Positions 54,722 through 64,000 of a stretch of DNA of 64,000 bases are shown here, piece by piece. The notes under the pieces were generated by a model. It made no database searches. It saw only the letters and a list, made by a program, of their open reading frames with translations, and had not been told where the DNA came from. Position 1 is the stretch's first letter. Each line of letters starts with the position of its first letter. The translations under genes were made by a program, and so were the position numbers. The stretch comes from Methanothermococcus sp. SCGC AD-155-C09. GTDB taxonomy: Archaea; AGJL01; Methanococci; Methanococcales; Methanococcaceae. The stretch is from NCBI GenBank assembly GCA_019561555.1, contig JAHEQB010000080.1, forward strand, positions 18,399 to 82,398, in the 5' to 3' direction.

Positions 54722-57085
54722 CTACTCATTATTTAAAATATAACCTATCCCTTGACCAAAACTAATTCCTCCATCGCCATTGGGTACTTTATTGGGATAT
54801 AAAAATTTAAATCCTTCTTTTTCAATATTTTCCCTTATTCTTTCTGATATAATTTTGTTGTAGGAAACTCCTCCAGTTAATCCAATGTATTCAAAATCCT
54901 CCTTTTTTCCAAATTTTAAGGCCAGAGAGGATAATCCTTCGGCTATACTCAGATGTACATATAATGCTATAAATTCCCTACTATATCCCTCTAAAAGCAT
55001 ATTATAGGCAGAATATACTAAATCTGTTGTATTAATTATATTATTTTTTATTTTTACATTTTCCTGAGCCATTTCCAAACATTTATTATACTCCCTATAA
55101 TCATGATACTTTTTAAAATTCTCTGAGATACTTTCCAATCTAATGGCTGGCTCTCCATCATAGGTTTTTATATTGCAGATATTTAACATACTGGATATGG
55201 AATCAAGTACTCTCCCACAGGAGGTAGTTTTACTAACATTTATTTTTTTATCAAGTTGGAATATTATTAAATTTAAAGTTTTTTCCTCAAAAAAATTATA
55301 TCCGCTAATAAATTCAATTAATTCTTCTCTACTTAATTTTTTGTATAATATGGATAGTAGCATTCTAAGAGGGTATTTTGTAGATAAATCTCCTCCTGGC
55401 ATATACTGTTCTTCTAAATGGCCTATTCTATCCATTTTATTATTGGAATACCTTAGAATTTCGCCCCCCCATATATTGCCATCCTCTCCATATCCCACTC
55501 CATCTAAGGTAATAATTATGGAGTTTTGGAATATATCATTATCCCCCAAAAGGGAAAACCCATGAGCCTTGTGATGTTGAATAGGATATAGATCTGCCTC
55601 AAATCTCTCTGCAAGGTCCTTGGCTAAATTTGTAGAGTTATAACTTGGATGTAAATCACATACAATGGCATCTATCCTATTACTATTGGTAATTTTTATT
55701 AAATTCTCTATTCCCTCCTTTAAAAAATTAAATGTTTCATACTTTGAGGTATTTCCAATGTATTGGGATAGGTAAAATTTATTACCCTTAATTAAACAAA
55801 CTGTTGAGTTTATCTCTGGGCCTACGCAGAGTATATTTTTATCATTGTTTTTAATATAGGGATGATTATTTACAATAATGGGCTCTGGGACATATCCCCT
55901 GGATCTCCTAATAAATACCATGTTATTATTTATTTTTTTTAATACACTATCATCACATCTATTTACTATTTCCCTATCATGTATTAAAAAATAATCTGCA
56001 ATATTCTTTAATTTGGATAGTATGTCCCTATTCTTTATTGCCATGGGATAACCTGGAAGATTTGCAGAGGTCATAATGTATGCAATAGTATTATTACCCT
56101 CTAAAAGTAAATGATGCATTCCAGAGTAGGGAAGCATTACTCCTACTGTATTTAAATTGGATACATACTCTGAAATATAATCTTTATAATTTTCATTTTT
56201 TCCCACAACAACAATGGGCCTTTTTGGAGATTTTAAAAGAATTAACTCATCCCATTGAGGATCTGCAAATAACCTTAAATTTTCCTCCTTTGTCATAATT
56301 GCAAAGGGCTGGGTAGGCCTGTTTAATCTTTTTCTTAATTTTATAATGGTATCGTCATTATCACAGTGGCATGCTAAATGGCTACCTCCAATACCCTTTA
56401 TTGCTAAGATATTTCCCTCACTTAGGATCTTTATGGCCTCATTTATGGCCCTATTACTGTTGCATAGTGTATTTCCCTCTCTATCTACTAAATAAACCCT
56501 TGGCCCACACTTTGGACAACAGGTAGCTTGGGCATGGAATCTCCTATCCATTGGATCCCTATACTCCCTTAGACAATCCTCGCATAGTGGAAATTTATCC
56601 ATGGAGGTATTATCCCTATCGTAAGGTAATCTTTTTACTATGGTAAATCTTGGACCACAGTTAATACATGCTATAAATGGGTATTTGTATCTTCTATTGT
56701 TTTTATCCAACATTTCCCTTAGACAATCCTCACATATTGCAACATCTGGAGGTATGGTTCCAATATCTTTATTGCTTCTATCTAATTCCCCACTATCACT
56801 ATTTTTAATCCTAAAATCATCATAATTAAAATTAAAATTAAAATCTTTATCTAAATTACCTGAGATAATTATCTCATTTATCTGTGAAAGGGCGGGCTTT
56901 TTATGTTTCATATCCTTTAAAAAGTTATTTATGTTGCTTTTATCCCCTGCAACAACTATTTCAACGTAATTCCCCATATTTTTTACATAACCCTTTAAAT
57001 CATTTTCCTTGGCAAGTCTATATATAAAGGGCCTAAACCCAACGCCTTGAACTATGCCCTTTACAATTATTTTTTTTATTTCCAT
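54722..57085 (-). CDS. hypF: Hydrogenase maturation carbamoyltransferase
   Basis: GIVQGVGFRPF, two zinc fingers, QHHKAH, DGGISFGQ. Confidence 0.97.
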   Translation of the reverse strand: MEIKKIIVKGIVQGVGFRPFIYRLAKENDLKGYVKNMGNYVEIVVAGDKSNINNFLKDMKHKKPALSQINEIIISGNLDKDFNFNFNYDDFRIKNSDSGELDRSNKDIGTIPPDVAICEDCLREMLDKNNRRYKYPFIACINCGPRFTIVKRLPYDRDNTSMDKFPLCEDCLREYRDPMDRRFHAQATCCPKCGPRVYLVDREGNTLCNSNRAINEAIKILSEGNILAIKGIGGSHLACHCDNDDTIIKLRKRLNRPTQPFAIMTKEENLRLFADPQWDELILLKSPKRPIVVVGKNENYKDYISEYVSNLNTVGVMLPYSGMHHLLLEGNNTIAYIMTSANLPGYPMAIKNRDILSKLKNIADYFLIHDREIVNRCDDSVLKKINNNMVFIRRSRGYVPEPIIVNNHPYIKNNDKNILCVGPEINSTVCLIKGNKFYLSQYIGNTSKYETFNFLKEGIENLIKITNSNRIDAIVCDLHPSYNSTNLAKDLAERFEADLYPIQHHKAHGFSLLGDNDIFQNSIIITLDGVGYGEDGNIWGGEILRYSNNKMDRIGHLEEQYMPGGDLSTKYPLRMLLSILYKKLSREELIEFISGYNFFEEKTLNLIIFQLDKKINVSKTTSCGRVLDSISSMLNICNIKTYDGEPAIRLESISENFKKYHDYREYNKCLEMAQENVKIKNNIINTTDLVYSAYNMLLEGYSREFIALYVHLSIAEGLSSLALKFGKKEDFEYIGLTGGVSYNKIISERIRENIEKEGFKFLYPNKVPNGDGGISFGQGIGYILNNE

Positions 57086-57109
57086 AATATCCCATTTAAT
57101 AAATAAATT

Positions 57110-57385
57110 AAGTCAAAGACATTATTTTAAACTATCTATGTTATAAATAATATAATAAAAATAATAAAATAAAAAATTAAAATTAATTAAAACTAAAAAA
57201 TAAGATAAAATATAAAAATTTTAAAATATTTAAGAGGAAGTAAAAATAAAAAGTAAAAATCCCATATTATTCATACCCTCAAGTACTCTATGAAAGGATA
57301 TTTATAGTTAGGTTAAAAAAGATATAAATTTGAAGTATTTCCCTTTATTAGTTATATTTATCCTTTTTATTATTTTTATTATTGA
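57110..57385 (+). mobile_element. IS630-derived MITE, family B (decayed)
   Basis: End AGTCAAAGACATTATTTTAAACTAT; AAAAAGTAAAAATCCCATATTATT; similar to 10830-11010. Confidence 0.5.
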
Positions 57386-57720
57386 TAGTTAAATATTATT
57401 TTAAACTATATAAATAATAAGGAATAATTAGTAAATAGAATTTTACATTAAATAATATTTACCTTATCTTAAACTAAGGTTTATAATGTATTAGTACTAC
57501 AGGTATTCTTTCCCTATTTAGGATAATACAGGGAATAAATGGCAGGATTTACTTTATTATTTACTTCTTTTTGAGAGTGTCTAACATACCATTTCATTTA
57601 TATAAACCTTGTTAAAATCCTCGATGCATAACACTCCTGTTATAAAATATTAAGTTAGAAGTTGTTAGGCACACTCTTCCTTTTTAGGTATTTTAAAATT
57701 TAATATTTTTATATGGTTTT
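57385..57720 (-). mobile_element. IS630-derived MITE, family B, with nested 104-bp element
   Basis: CTTAAACTAAGGTTTATAATG..TAGGATAATACAGGGAA..GGCAGGATTT closely matches 10170-10262. Confidence 0.7.
57573..57676. mobile_element. 104-bp MITE of a separate family
   Basis: TIRs GAGAGTGTCTAACA / TGTTAGGCACACTC; flanks TTCTTTTT / TTCCTTTTT duplicate the host site. Confidence 0.75.
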
Positions 57721-57819
57721 TCTTGATTATTTCTTTATATTTTTTTATTTTATTTTTTTAATTATTTTAAATTAATTTTTAATTTTTATAAAATTGTTTC
57801 TAATATATTTAAGGGCCTA

Positions 57820-58506
57820 CTATAGAAGTCCCTTGCAATAATCATAGTAATACTCCTCAATAATCCATAGTTTTTTATATTTTTTTGAAATTTTAAATGC
57901 TTTTTCAATTATCTCCCTGTTATTTCTACTAAATATTTCATGGGCTAAGATATCCACTATACTACAAAGATGCCCACTATCCTCATCTATATATTCAGAT
58001 GTTCCTATTTCCTTTAAAAGTTCAAGTAATTCTTCATCATTGGAATTCTTTAAAAATCTATTTTTTAAAAAAGATTTAAATGTATAAATATTCTTTTTTT
58101 CATAGGGAATAAGTTTTAAAATTGATAATCCTTCCTCCAATATATTTTCTTTTTTAGGGATTATTTCATGCCACAGGTTATTTTTAATAATTATATCCTC
58201 CAAGATTTTTAATATTTCTTCCTTTGGCATTTTTCTTAAATTATTAAATAATTCATCTCCATCTACATAATTTTTATTTGAATAGGCCTCAATTATTGCA
58301 TAGGCATGCTTACAGTTGTATTTATAGGGACAGGAGCATAAACCAGAATAATCCTCTAAATTCACAATGGTATTGTATAATTTCCCGCCGATTACTTTAC
58401 CATATATTTTATTTTTAAATACCACGCAGTATTTTACTAAATTGTTTTTATAATAATCCTTTCCCCTTTTAATGATCTTTTCTGGATATATGTTTTTATA
58501 GGTCAT
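57820..58506 (-). CDS. SWIM zinc finger protein
   Basis: RGKDYY, CSCP..CKH. Confidence 0.82.
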   Translation of the reverse strand: MTYKNIYPEKIIKRGKDYYKNNLVKYCVVFKNKIYGKVIGGKLYNTIVNLEDYSGLCSCPYKYNCKHAYAIIEAYSNKNYVDGDELFNNLRKMPKEEILKILEDIIIKNNLWHEIIPKKENILEEGLSILKLIPYEKKNIYTFKSFLKNRFLKNSNDEELLELLKEIGTSEYIDEDSGHLCSIVDILAHEIFSRNNREIIEKAFKISKKYKKLWIIEEYYYDYCKGLL

Positions 58507-58609
58507 ATAATTACCCCATAATATTCATTATTAAAAATTAAAATATAATAATAAAATAAAAATAAAATTTTAATTAATAAAATAATTAAAAATAAATTTT
58601 ATATTAATT

Positions 58610-58885
58610 ATAGTAAATACATAACATTAACTTATAATCCTAATAAAATAATAAAAATAAAAATATCCTATAATAATAAAAATAACATAGGGAATTAATA
58701 TTATTAAAAAAAATTCACTGTAAATATATCTCTATCTTACCTTAAACTAAGGTCCATAATGCCCTCCTGTAAGAAATCCATCCTTTCCCTCAGTGCTTAT
58801 GGGCATTCGTGGAGAATAATAGGAGATTTCTAATTTTTGTTATTATTTCTTTTTAAGTATTTTTAAAATCTTGGATTATCTAATT
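58610..58885 (-). mobile_element. IS630-derived MITE, family B
   Basis: TTACCTTAAACTAAGGT..TCCCTCAGTGCTTA..TTTTAAGTATTTTTAAAATCTTGGA. Confidence 0.6.
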
Positions 58886-59151
58886 TATAGTCAAGGGCAT
58901 AATAATTTAAACTTATTATGGATATAGCATCCATACTTAAAGGGTTTCCTCTGCACATCCAGTGCTTAGGAGTGTAGGGAAAAGAAGGGTAGATTATGGG
59001 ATTTCTACTTTTTAAGTATTTACTTTCTTTTATTTCTCTAAATGTTTAATTTTTTCCTATATCTTAGGTTATTTTAATTTTATTTATTTTTATTTTTTTA
59101 TTTATTTTTTATATTTAGATTATGGTTTAAAAAATTATGTTCTTAACTATA
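58886..59151 (-). mobile_element. IS630-derived MITE, family A (complete)
   Basis: TATAGTCAAGGGCATAAT / AATTATGTTCTTAACTATA; the latter is identical to 42780-42798. Confidence 0.87.
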
Positions 59152-59367
59152 ATTATGTATTTTTACTTTCTGATCATTCTATCCTTTTTTCCTCTTAAAT
59201 GCTTTATTTTATAAATCCTTCTATATATTATAATTTTGTATTATTATTATAATATTTTGTTTAAGGTGATTTATATAATTTTTTAATTATATTTTTATAT
59301 ACTAATTTTTCCCAATCACTTTATTGCTATATAATAAATAAAAAAATATTTGCCCAAAGGAGATATT

Positions 59368-59679
59368 ATGGAATATAGTAAATTAATACTTTATTCTGGT
59401 ATAATCTTGGTAATTACTGGCTTCTTTTTAATATCCTTAGGAATAAGTAATTTCAATGCCTCCCCCTCTAACCTTCAAAATCAAAGGGAATACCCAAAGG
59501 AAGATAATAAAAATAGCGAGGAATATAAAAAAAATTTAAATAGTAAAGTTTCCTATTCAGGAATAATCATGATTGGGCCTATCCCAATAGTATTTGGAAA
59601 TTCTCCATATCTAATTATAATTACCCTATTGACCTTAATTTTAATGATAATTTGGATATACCTTAGTATTAGGTTGTAG
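59368..59679 (+). CDS. DUF131 (TIGR00304-like) membrane protein
   Basis: GIIMIGPIPIVFG motif, TM helices. Confidence 0.8.
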   Translation: MEYSKLILYSGIILVITGFFLISLGISNFNASPSNLQNQREYPKEDNKNSEEYKKNLNSKVSYSGIIMIGPIPIVFGNSPYLIIITLLTLILMIIWIYLSIRL

Positions 59680-59724
59680 TTATATTTTATGGGAAAGTAA
59701 TGATTATGAAGGAATTTAAATAAT

Positions 59725-60105
59725 CTATTCCTTCTCCATTAACTCCTTAAAATTTAAGGCAATTGGATATATTTTATAATAATCCAAGGAGTAATTTTTT
59801 CCATTTATCTCCAATAAATAGGGATTTATAAATAATATCTCTCCATTTATTTTTATTGCAATATAGGGATGGGCTCCAAAGGTTTCTGAGAAATCTATAA
59901 GTTTAATTATGTCCTCCTTTGAAATATAGAATCTTTCCTTGGATGTACATTTACATTCAAGTGCATAGAGTTTTCCCTTTTTACCAACAATTAAATCCAC
60001 CCCATGACTCCCGGCACTTCTAACCACTGCAAAGCCTCCCCCTTCAAACATTTTTTTTAATTCCCTTTCAAATTCTGCGCCCTTTCTATATTTATATCCC
60101 TTCAA
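59725..60105 (-). CDS. hjc: Holliday junction resolvase
   Basis: KGAEFEREL, VRSAGS, VDL, ECK. Confidence 0.92.
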   Translation of the reverse strand: MKGYKYRKGAEFERELKKMFEGGGFAVVRSAGSHGVDLIVGKKGKLYALECKCTSKERFYISKEDIIKLIDFSETFGAHPYIAIKINGEILFINPYLLEINGKNYSLDYYKIYPIALNFKELMEKE

Positions 60106-60190
60106 AATAGCACCTTAGAATATTTTATTTATTTAATTTAATTAATTTATTACAAAATCCTGAAAAATTAAAAAATAGATAATTTTAGAT

Positions 60191-60634
60191 TTATTGGGTA
60201 TTTAGCATTATATCTTTAAATTTATCAACATCTAATTTTTTATATTTATTTACTATTTCCTCATATTTATTGTTAATCTCTTTCTCATCTAAGTCTCCCT
60301 TTTCCACTTCATTTAATCCTTTTGAAATTAATCTCAAAGTTTTCTGCTCTGCTTCCAATTGATGGAATCCAAATCTTGGACCACCACTCCTAAAGGCCCT
60401 ACAAACTCTTTTATCCCATATTGGGTATCCTCTATCTTTACAGAAGATTTTATTTTTTTCAAGGTTTCTAACAATATTGGCCACCTCATCTACAATCTCA
60501 TCCTCTCCTTCAATATAACCTCCAAAACAGGTTTCTTTAACCCTTATATTATAATCCAGTGAGTTTAAAAATCTAAATAATCTTGAAGGAGAAGTCTTGG
60601 CATCTTCGGAGAGAACTATTACCTTTGTTTTCAC
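60191..60634 (-). CDS. Methanogenesis marker protein 6
   Basis: KETCFG, KDRGYP..RVCRA..GGPRFGFHQLE. Confidence 0.85.
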   Translation of the reverse strand: MKTKVIVLSEDAKTSPSRLFRFLNSLDYNIRVKETCFGGYIEGEDEIVDEVANIVRNLEKNKIFCKDRGYPIWDKRVCRAFRSGGPRFGFHQLEAEQKTLRLISKGLNEVEKGDLDEKEINNKYEEIVNKYKKLDVDKFKDIMLNTQ

Positions 60635-60925
60635 AGTATCACCAGGGTTATTAAAGTAGGATAATCTAAGGATAAATTATATTATCTTTTTAATCCTTGA
60701 TATATATTTATTTTTATTTTCCTATTTTATATATTTATTCTAATAATGCTTTTTATCTAACAATTACTTGGAATATTATATATTTGAGTATATGAATTAA
60801 TAAATATACATAATTATGAATATTAAATATTCCTCATAGCCTATAAAAGCCTTATAAATATAGTAAAAAAATAAAAAATAAAAAACAATAAAAAAATAAA
60901 AAAATATTTTTCAAAAAACAAAATA

Positions 60926-60998
60926 TGCGCCAGTCGGGATTTGAACCCGAGTTACTGGCTTGGAAGGCCAGAGTGATACCAGGCTACACCACTGGCGC
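60926..60998 (-). tRNA. tRNA-Gly(TCC)
   Basis: Cloverleaf; CTGGC-CTTCCAA-GCCAG. Confidence 0.96.
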
Positions 60999-61038
60999 AC
61001 TTTAAAAATATACTCTATCAACTTATATAACATATAAG

Positions 61039-61111
61039 TGCGGCCTCCGGGATTTGAACCCGGGTATCGGCCGTGGCAGGGCCGTATGATACCAGGCTAC
61101 ATCAAGGCCGC
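61039..61111 (-). tRNA. tRNA-Gly(GCC)
   Basis: Cloverleaf; CGGCC-CTGCCAC-GGCCG. Confidence 0.96.
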
Positions 61112-61205
61112 TTTCTCATTATTGGAACAAGATATACAAAGAGCATTGCAGTATATAAACATTATGGTTTAGTGCAATAATTAACACATCCTATATTATT
61201 AAATA

Positions 61206-62021
61206 CTACTTAATCTCCCTATTTTGGATATATTTATTAAATTCAGATATCCATTGGATGTTATTACTTAAAACACATCTTGCAACAGATACCATATCAG
61301 AATATTTTAGCATATTCTTTCCATCCTCCATTGATTTTATAGAATTATTTCCCACAATAATTTTTTCTTTAAAGTTTTCCCTTATTTTTTCAAGGTAGTT
61401 TAAATCAGGGTAATCCTTACCTGGATTAAAACAATCAACATGCAATCCATCAAAGTACTTTCTAACCTTATTTAAATTATATATTAATTCATCCACAGAT
61501 ATAAAATTAGCCCTTATTTTTAAAAACACAGGTATCCTCAGGTTTAATTCAGTAATTCCCTTTAAAAAATCCTTTAAAATATGATTATTCTCCTTTTTTA
61601 AAAGTTCCTGACCAAGGCCCAACTTAGTAATTTCACCCTGCCTACAGTGGCAATTAATTTCTATTATATCCCCATATTTATCAATTAATTTTATGGTATC
61701 CTCTGCCTCATTAAAATCCTTAAACCTAATATTCACTGAAACAAGGGAATTACTTTTTTTTCCCTCAATTATTTCCCTTTTTATAACTTTCCTTAATTTG
61801 GGTATATCATATAAAAACTCCCTTCTGCCCCTTTTAGCAATCTCTCTGCTGGCAGATAATGTGGCATTATCCAAATTATATGCCCCAATGGTAACTATTC
61901 CAAATAAATCCCTGTATTTTTTACAAAAATCTCCATTGGTAATCCCTGCCATTGGAGCCAAAACTATCCTTTTATTCTTACAGGATTCAATAATATGATT
62001 ATAATTTTTTTTATTACTTAT
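61206..62021 (-). CDS. Dihydrouridine synthase-like TIM-barrel protein (MJ0144 family)
   Basis: VLAPMAG, EINCHCRQ, HVD, GNNSI; start extended from TTG 61961 to an ATA (see findings). Confidence 0.82.
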   Translation of the reverse strand: MSNKKNYNHIIESCKNKRIVLAPMAGITNGDFCKKYRDLFGIVTIGAYNLDNATLSASREIAKRGRREFLYDIPKLRKVIKREIIEGKKSNSLVSVNIRFKDFNEAEDTIKLIDKYGDIIEINCHCRQGEITKLGLGQELLKKENNHILKDFLKGITELNLRIPVFLKIRANFISVDELIYNLNKVRKYFDGLHVDCFNPGKDYPDLNYLEKIRENFKEKIIVGNNSIKSMEDGKNMLKYSDMVSVARCVLSNNIQWISEFNKYIQNREIK

Positions 62022-62070
62022 TATTTCACCACTTTTTATGGTTTTAATAATTATTATTTTTTAATCTCCA

Positions 62071-62880
62071 TTAAATTGGACATAAAGTTTTTTTAGGTTT
62101 TTTCTTAATATTGTAATTATCATAGTTCACGGTATATACTTGGCAATTGTTAGTGGTTTTTCCTTCCCTTATAAATTCCAATCCAATATCTGCCATATTA
62201 GATGCATCTTCTGCTGTTTTTCCAATACCTATTCCTGCCTTTAATTGAATACCTGTATCCTTCCTTATATTCTCAAATATGGATATGAAATCATCTTCAC
62301 TCATACCATTACAGGGACACATAAAATTATCTCCCCCAATGAAAAAACCCATGGCACCATATTTTTTTAATTCCCTTATAAGTTTTAATTGAACTTCATT
62401 AACCTGAATATAGGTATCATAGGCATTTTTCAAATCTGTTGATGTTGAAGTAATGTTGTTTATATCCACATGTGCCAATTGAACATAACCCTCCTCTAAA
62501 ACAGAATCTCCTGCAAAATCCAATATCTCTTTTCGGCATTCATCCTGGGCACTACCATGTTTTTGAATTTTTTCTGTTGCAAGTTTCTGAGCCTTATAGG
62601 GAGTTTCTGCAGAGGCTATGCCCATACTTACTGTAATTGGATATCTATTCTTAATACTATCCTGTATTCTCTTATGGGTTTCTATATCTATACCATTGGT
62701 AATGGCTATTAAATTATCAAATCTTGTATAGAATACTAAGCCCTTATGGGCCCCAAATTGAAGACTTAAATCGCCATATAATCTCGATTGCAATGCCTGT
62801 AAATCACTTTCTCTCCTGGGATTTGGAGTAACAGTCCATGGCCCATAATTATCTATCTGTATAACTGTAATCTGAATCAT
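62071..62880 (-). CDS. gch3: GTP cyclohydrolase III
   Basis: [24 protein letters not shown]. Confidence 0.93.
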   Translation of the reverse strand: MIQITVIQIDNYGPWTVTPNPRRESDLQALQSRLYGDLSLQFGAHKGLVFYTRFDNLIAITNGIDIETHKRIQDSIKNRYPITVSMGIASAETPYKAQKLATEKIQKHGSAQDECRKEILDFAGDSVLEEGYVQLAHVDINNITSTSTDLKNAYDTYIQVNEVQLKLIRELKKYGAMGFFIGGDNFMCPCNGMSEDDFISIFENIRKDTGIQLKAGIGIGKTAEDASNMADIGLEFIREGKTTNNCQVYTVNYDNYNIKKKPKKTLCPI

Positions 62881-63025
62881 AATATCCTCTATCTTTTTAA
62901 ATTAAGGAAAATTATATTTTATGTGTAAGTTAATGATATATAAATATTATAATTAAAATTTATTATTTAATTTTTTTATTATAAGATATTTTATATATTT
63001 ATTTTAAAGCCTTAAAAATTTAGTA

Positions 63026-63886
63026 TTAAACCCTTTTCCATAAAATAGAGTTGTTCTCAAAAAACCTTATATATTCTTTTTTATCCTCACTTCTAAGGCC
63101 CTTCCAATCAAAAATAACATAGTCAAAATCCTGTTTTTCAATCATTTGATTTAAAACATTGTGGGAAACCTTTGCATATTTTGGAACAATATAGCCCACA
63201 TAATACTTACCTTCAAGTGCCAATTTTGTAAATTTAGGAGCATAATGGCCGCCGCCAAAGGATATAACCCTATCCACATCCTTATCATAGTTTTCCCTTT
63301 CAAGAACTTCAATGGTACTTAATATAGATCTTCCAATTATCCTTCCCAATATCTCATTTTTCCATTCCCTTTCTGTACTGCCTATTTCAACAAATACTGA
63401 GGGAGTTTCCAAATCACTTGGTCCATGATGCACCCCTTCAAAGGAGATTTTAAGGGATGTATTATTGTTGTTATTTCCATTATTCAGTGTATTATTATCA
63501 GAAATATTATTTTTATTATTGATTATTTTATAGTATTCTTTATTAATATTTTTTAACATTATCGTATTCAAAATACTATCACAGGGACAGACTTCCTCAG
63601 GATTGCCCCCGTATGAATTATCTGTCGTTAAGTTTCCAGGAGTATGGACTGTTAATGCCCCAGATGGGTTTTTTCCGCCACTTTTATGTTTTGATAAAAA
63701 AATATAATAATCATAATTTTTAGGAATATCCTCCTGAGAAAGTTCAATAAGGTTTCTATCACTCTCAAAAAAATCAATATTTTTTTTAAAACCATAGGAG
63801 GATAATTCATTAAATAAATCATCCAGGTTATTTTTTATATTTACTCCTGCAGGATCCTTAATAGAATAAATTAATAAATACTTCAT
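63026..63886 (-). CDS. dtdA: D-aminoacyl-tRNA deacylase (archaeal DTD2)
   Basis: SKH, TVHTPGN, HHGPS, EIGS, GGGHY. Confidence 0.92.
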   Translation of the reverse strand: MKYLLIYSIKDPAGVNIKNNLDDLFNELSSYGFKKNIDFFESDRNLIELSQEDIPKNYDYYIFLSKHKSGGKNPSGALTVHTPGNLTTDNSYGGNPEEVCPCDSILNTIMLKNINKEYYKIINNKNNISDNNTLNNGNNNNNTSLKISFEGVHHGPSDLETPSVFVEIGSTEREWKNEILGRIIGRSILSTIEVLERENYDKDVDRVISFGGGHYAPKFTKLALEGKYYVGYIVPKYAKVSHNVLNQMIEKQDFDYVIFDWKGLRSEDKKEYIRFFENNSILWKRV

Positions 63887-63915
63887 ACTGCCACTTTATA
63901 GTTTTCTATAAATTT

Positions 63916-64000
63916 TAGTCAAGGACATAATAATTTAAACTTATTGGGGATATAGGATCACATACTAAGGGGTTTCCCCTGCACATCCAGTGCTTAGGGG
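63916..64000 (-). mobile_element. IS630-derived MITE, family A (cut by window edge)
   Basis: TAGTCAAGGACATAATAATTTAAACTTATT..GCACATCCAGTGCTTAGGGG. Confidence 0.8.

Overview
AT-rich chromosomal segment of a Methanococcales archaeon (Methanothermococcus/Methanofervidicoccus-like), judged from GGTGA Shine-Dalgarno sites, methanogenesis marker 6, PAN, Hjc and F420 enzymes. It holds about 40 mostly housekeeping genes, including a split glutamate synthase with an FrhB-like subunit, alaS, pan, truD, guaB, hypF, gch3 and dtdA. It also holds three tRNAs, one box C/D sRNA, an MNT-HEPN pair left inside a decayed type I R-M locus, and an uncharacterised four-gene cell-surface cluster. The most striking structure is non-coding. 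Most long intergenic spacers carry non-autonomous derivatives of the IS630 element at 41690-42798 (about 20 copies or fragments), many sharing a CCAGTGCTTAGG core. These are nested with IS6- and IS982-family remnants and embedded in spacers that run A-rich then T-rich. Two genes appear to need ATT or ATA start codons. All calls come from manual reading; no database search was run, and boundaries of decayed elements are approximate. For IS630 derivatives, strand is the inferred transposase-sense strand.
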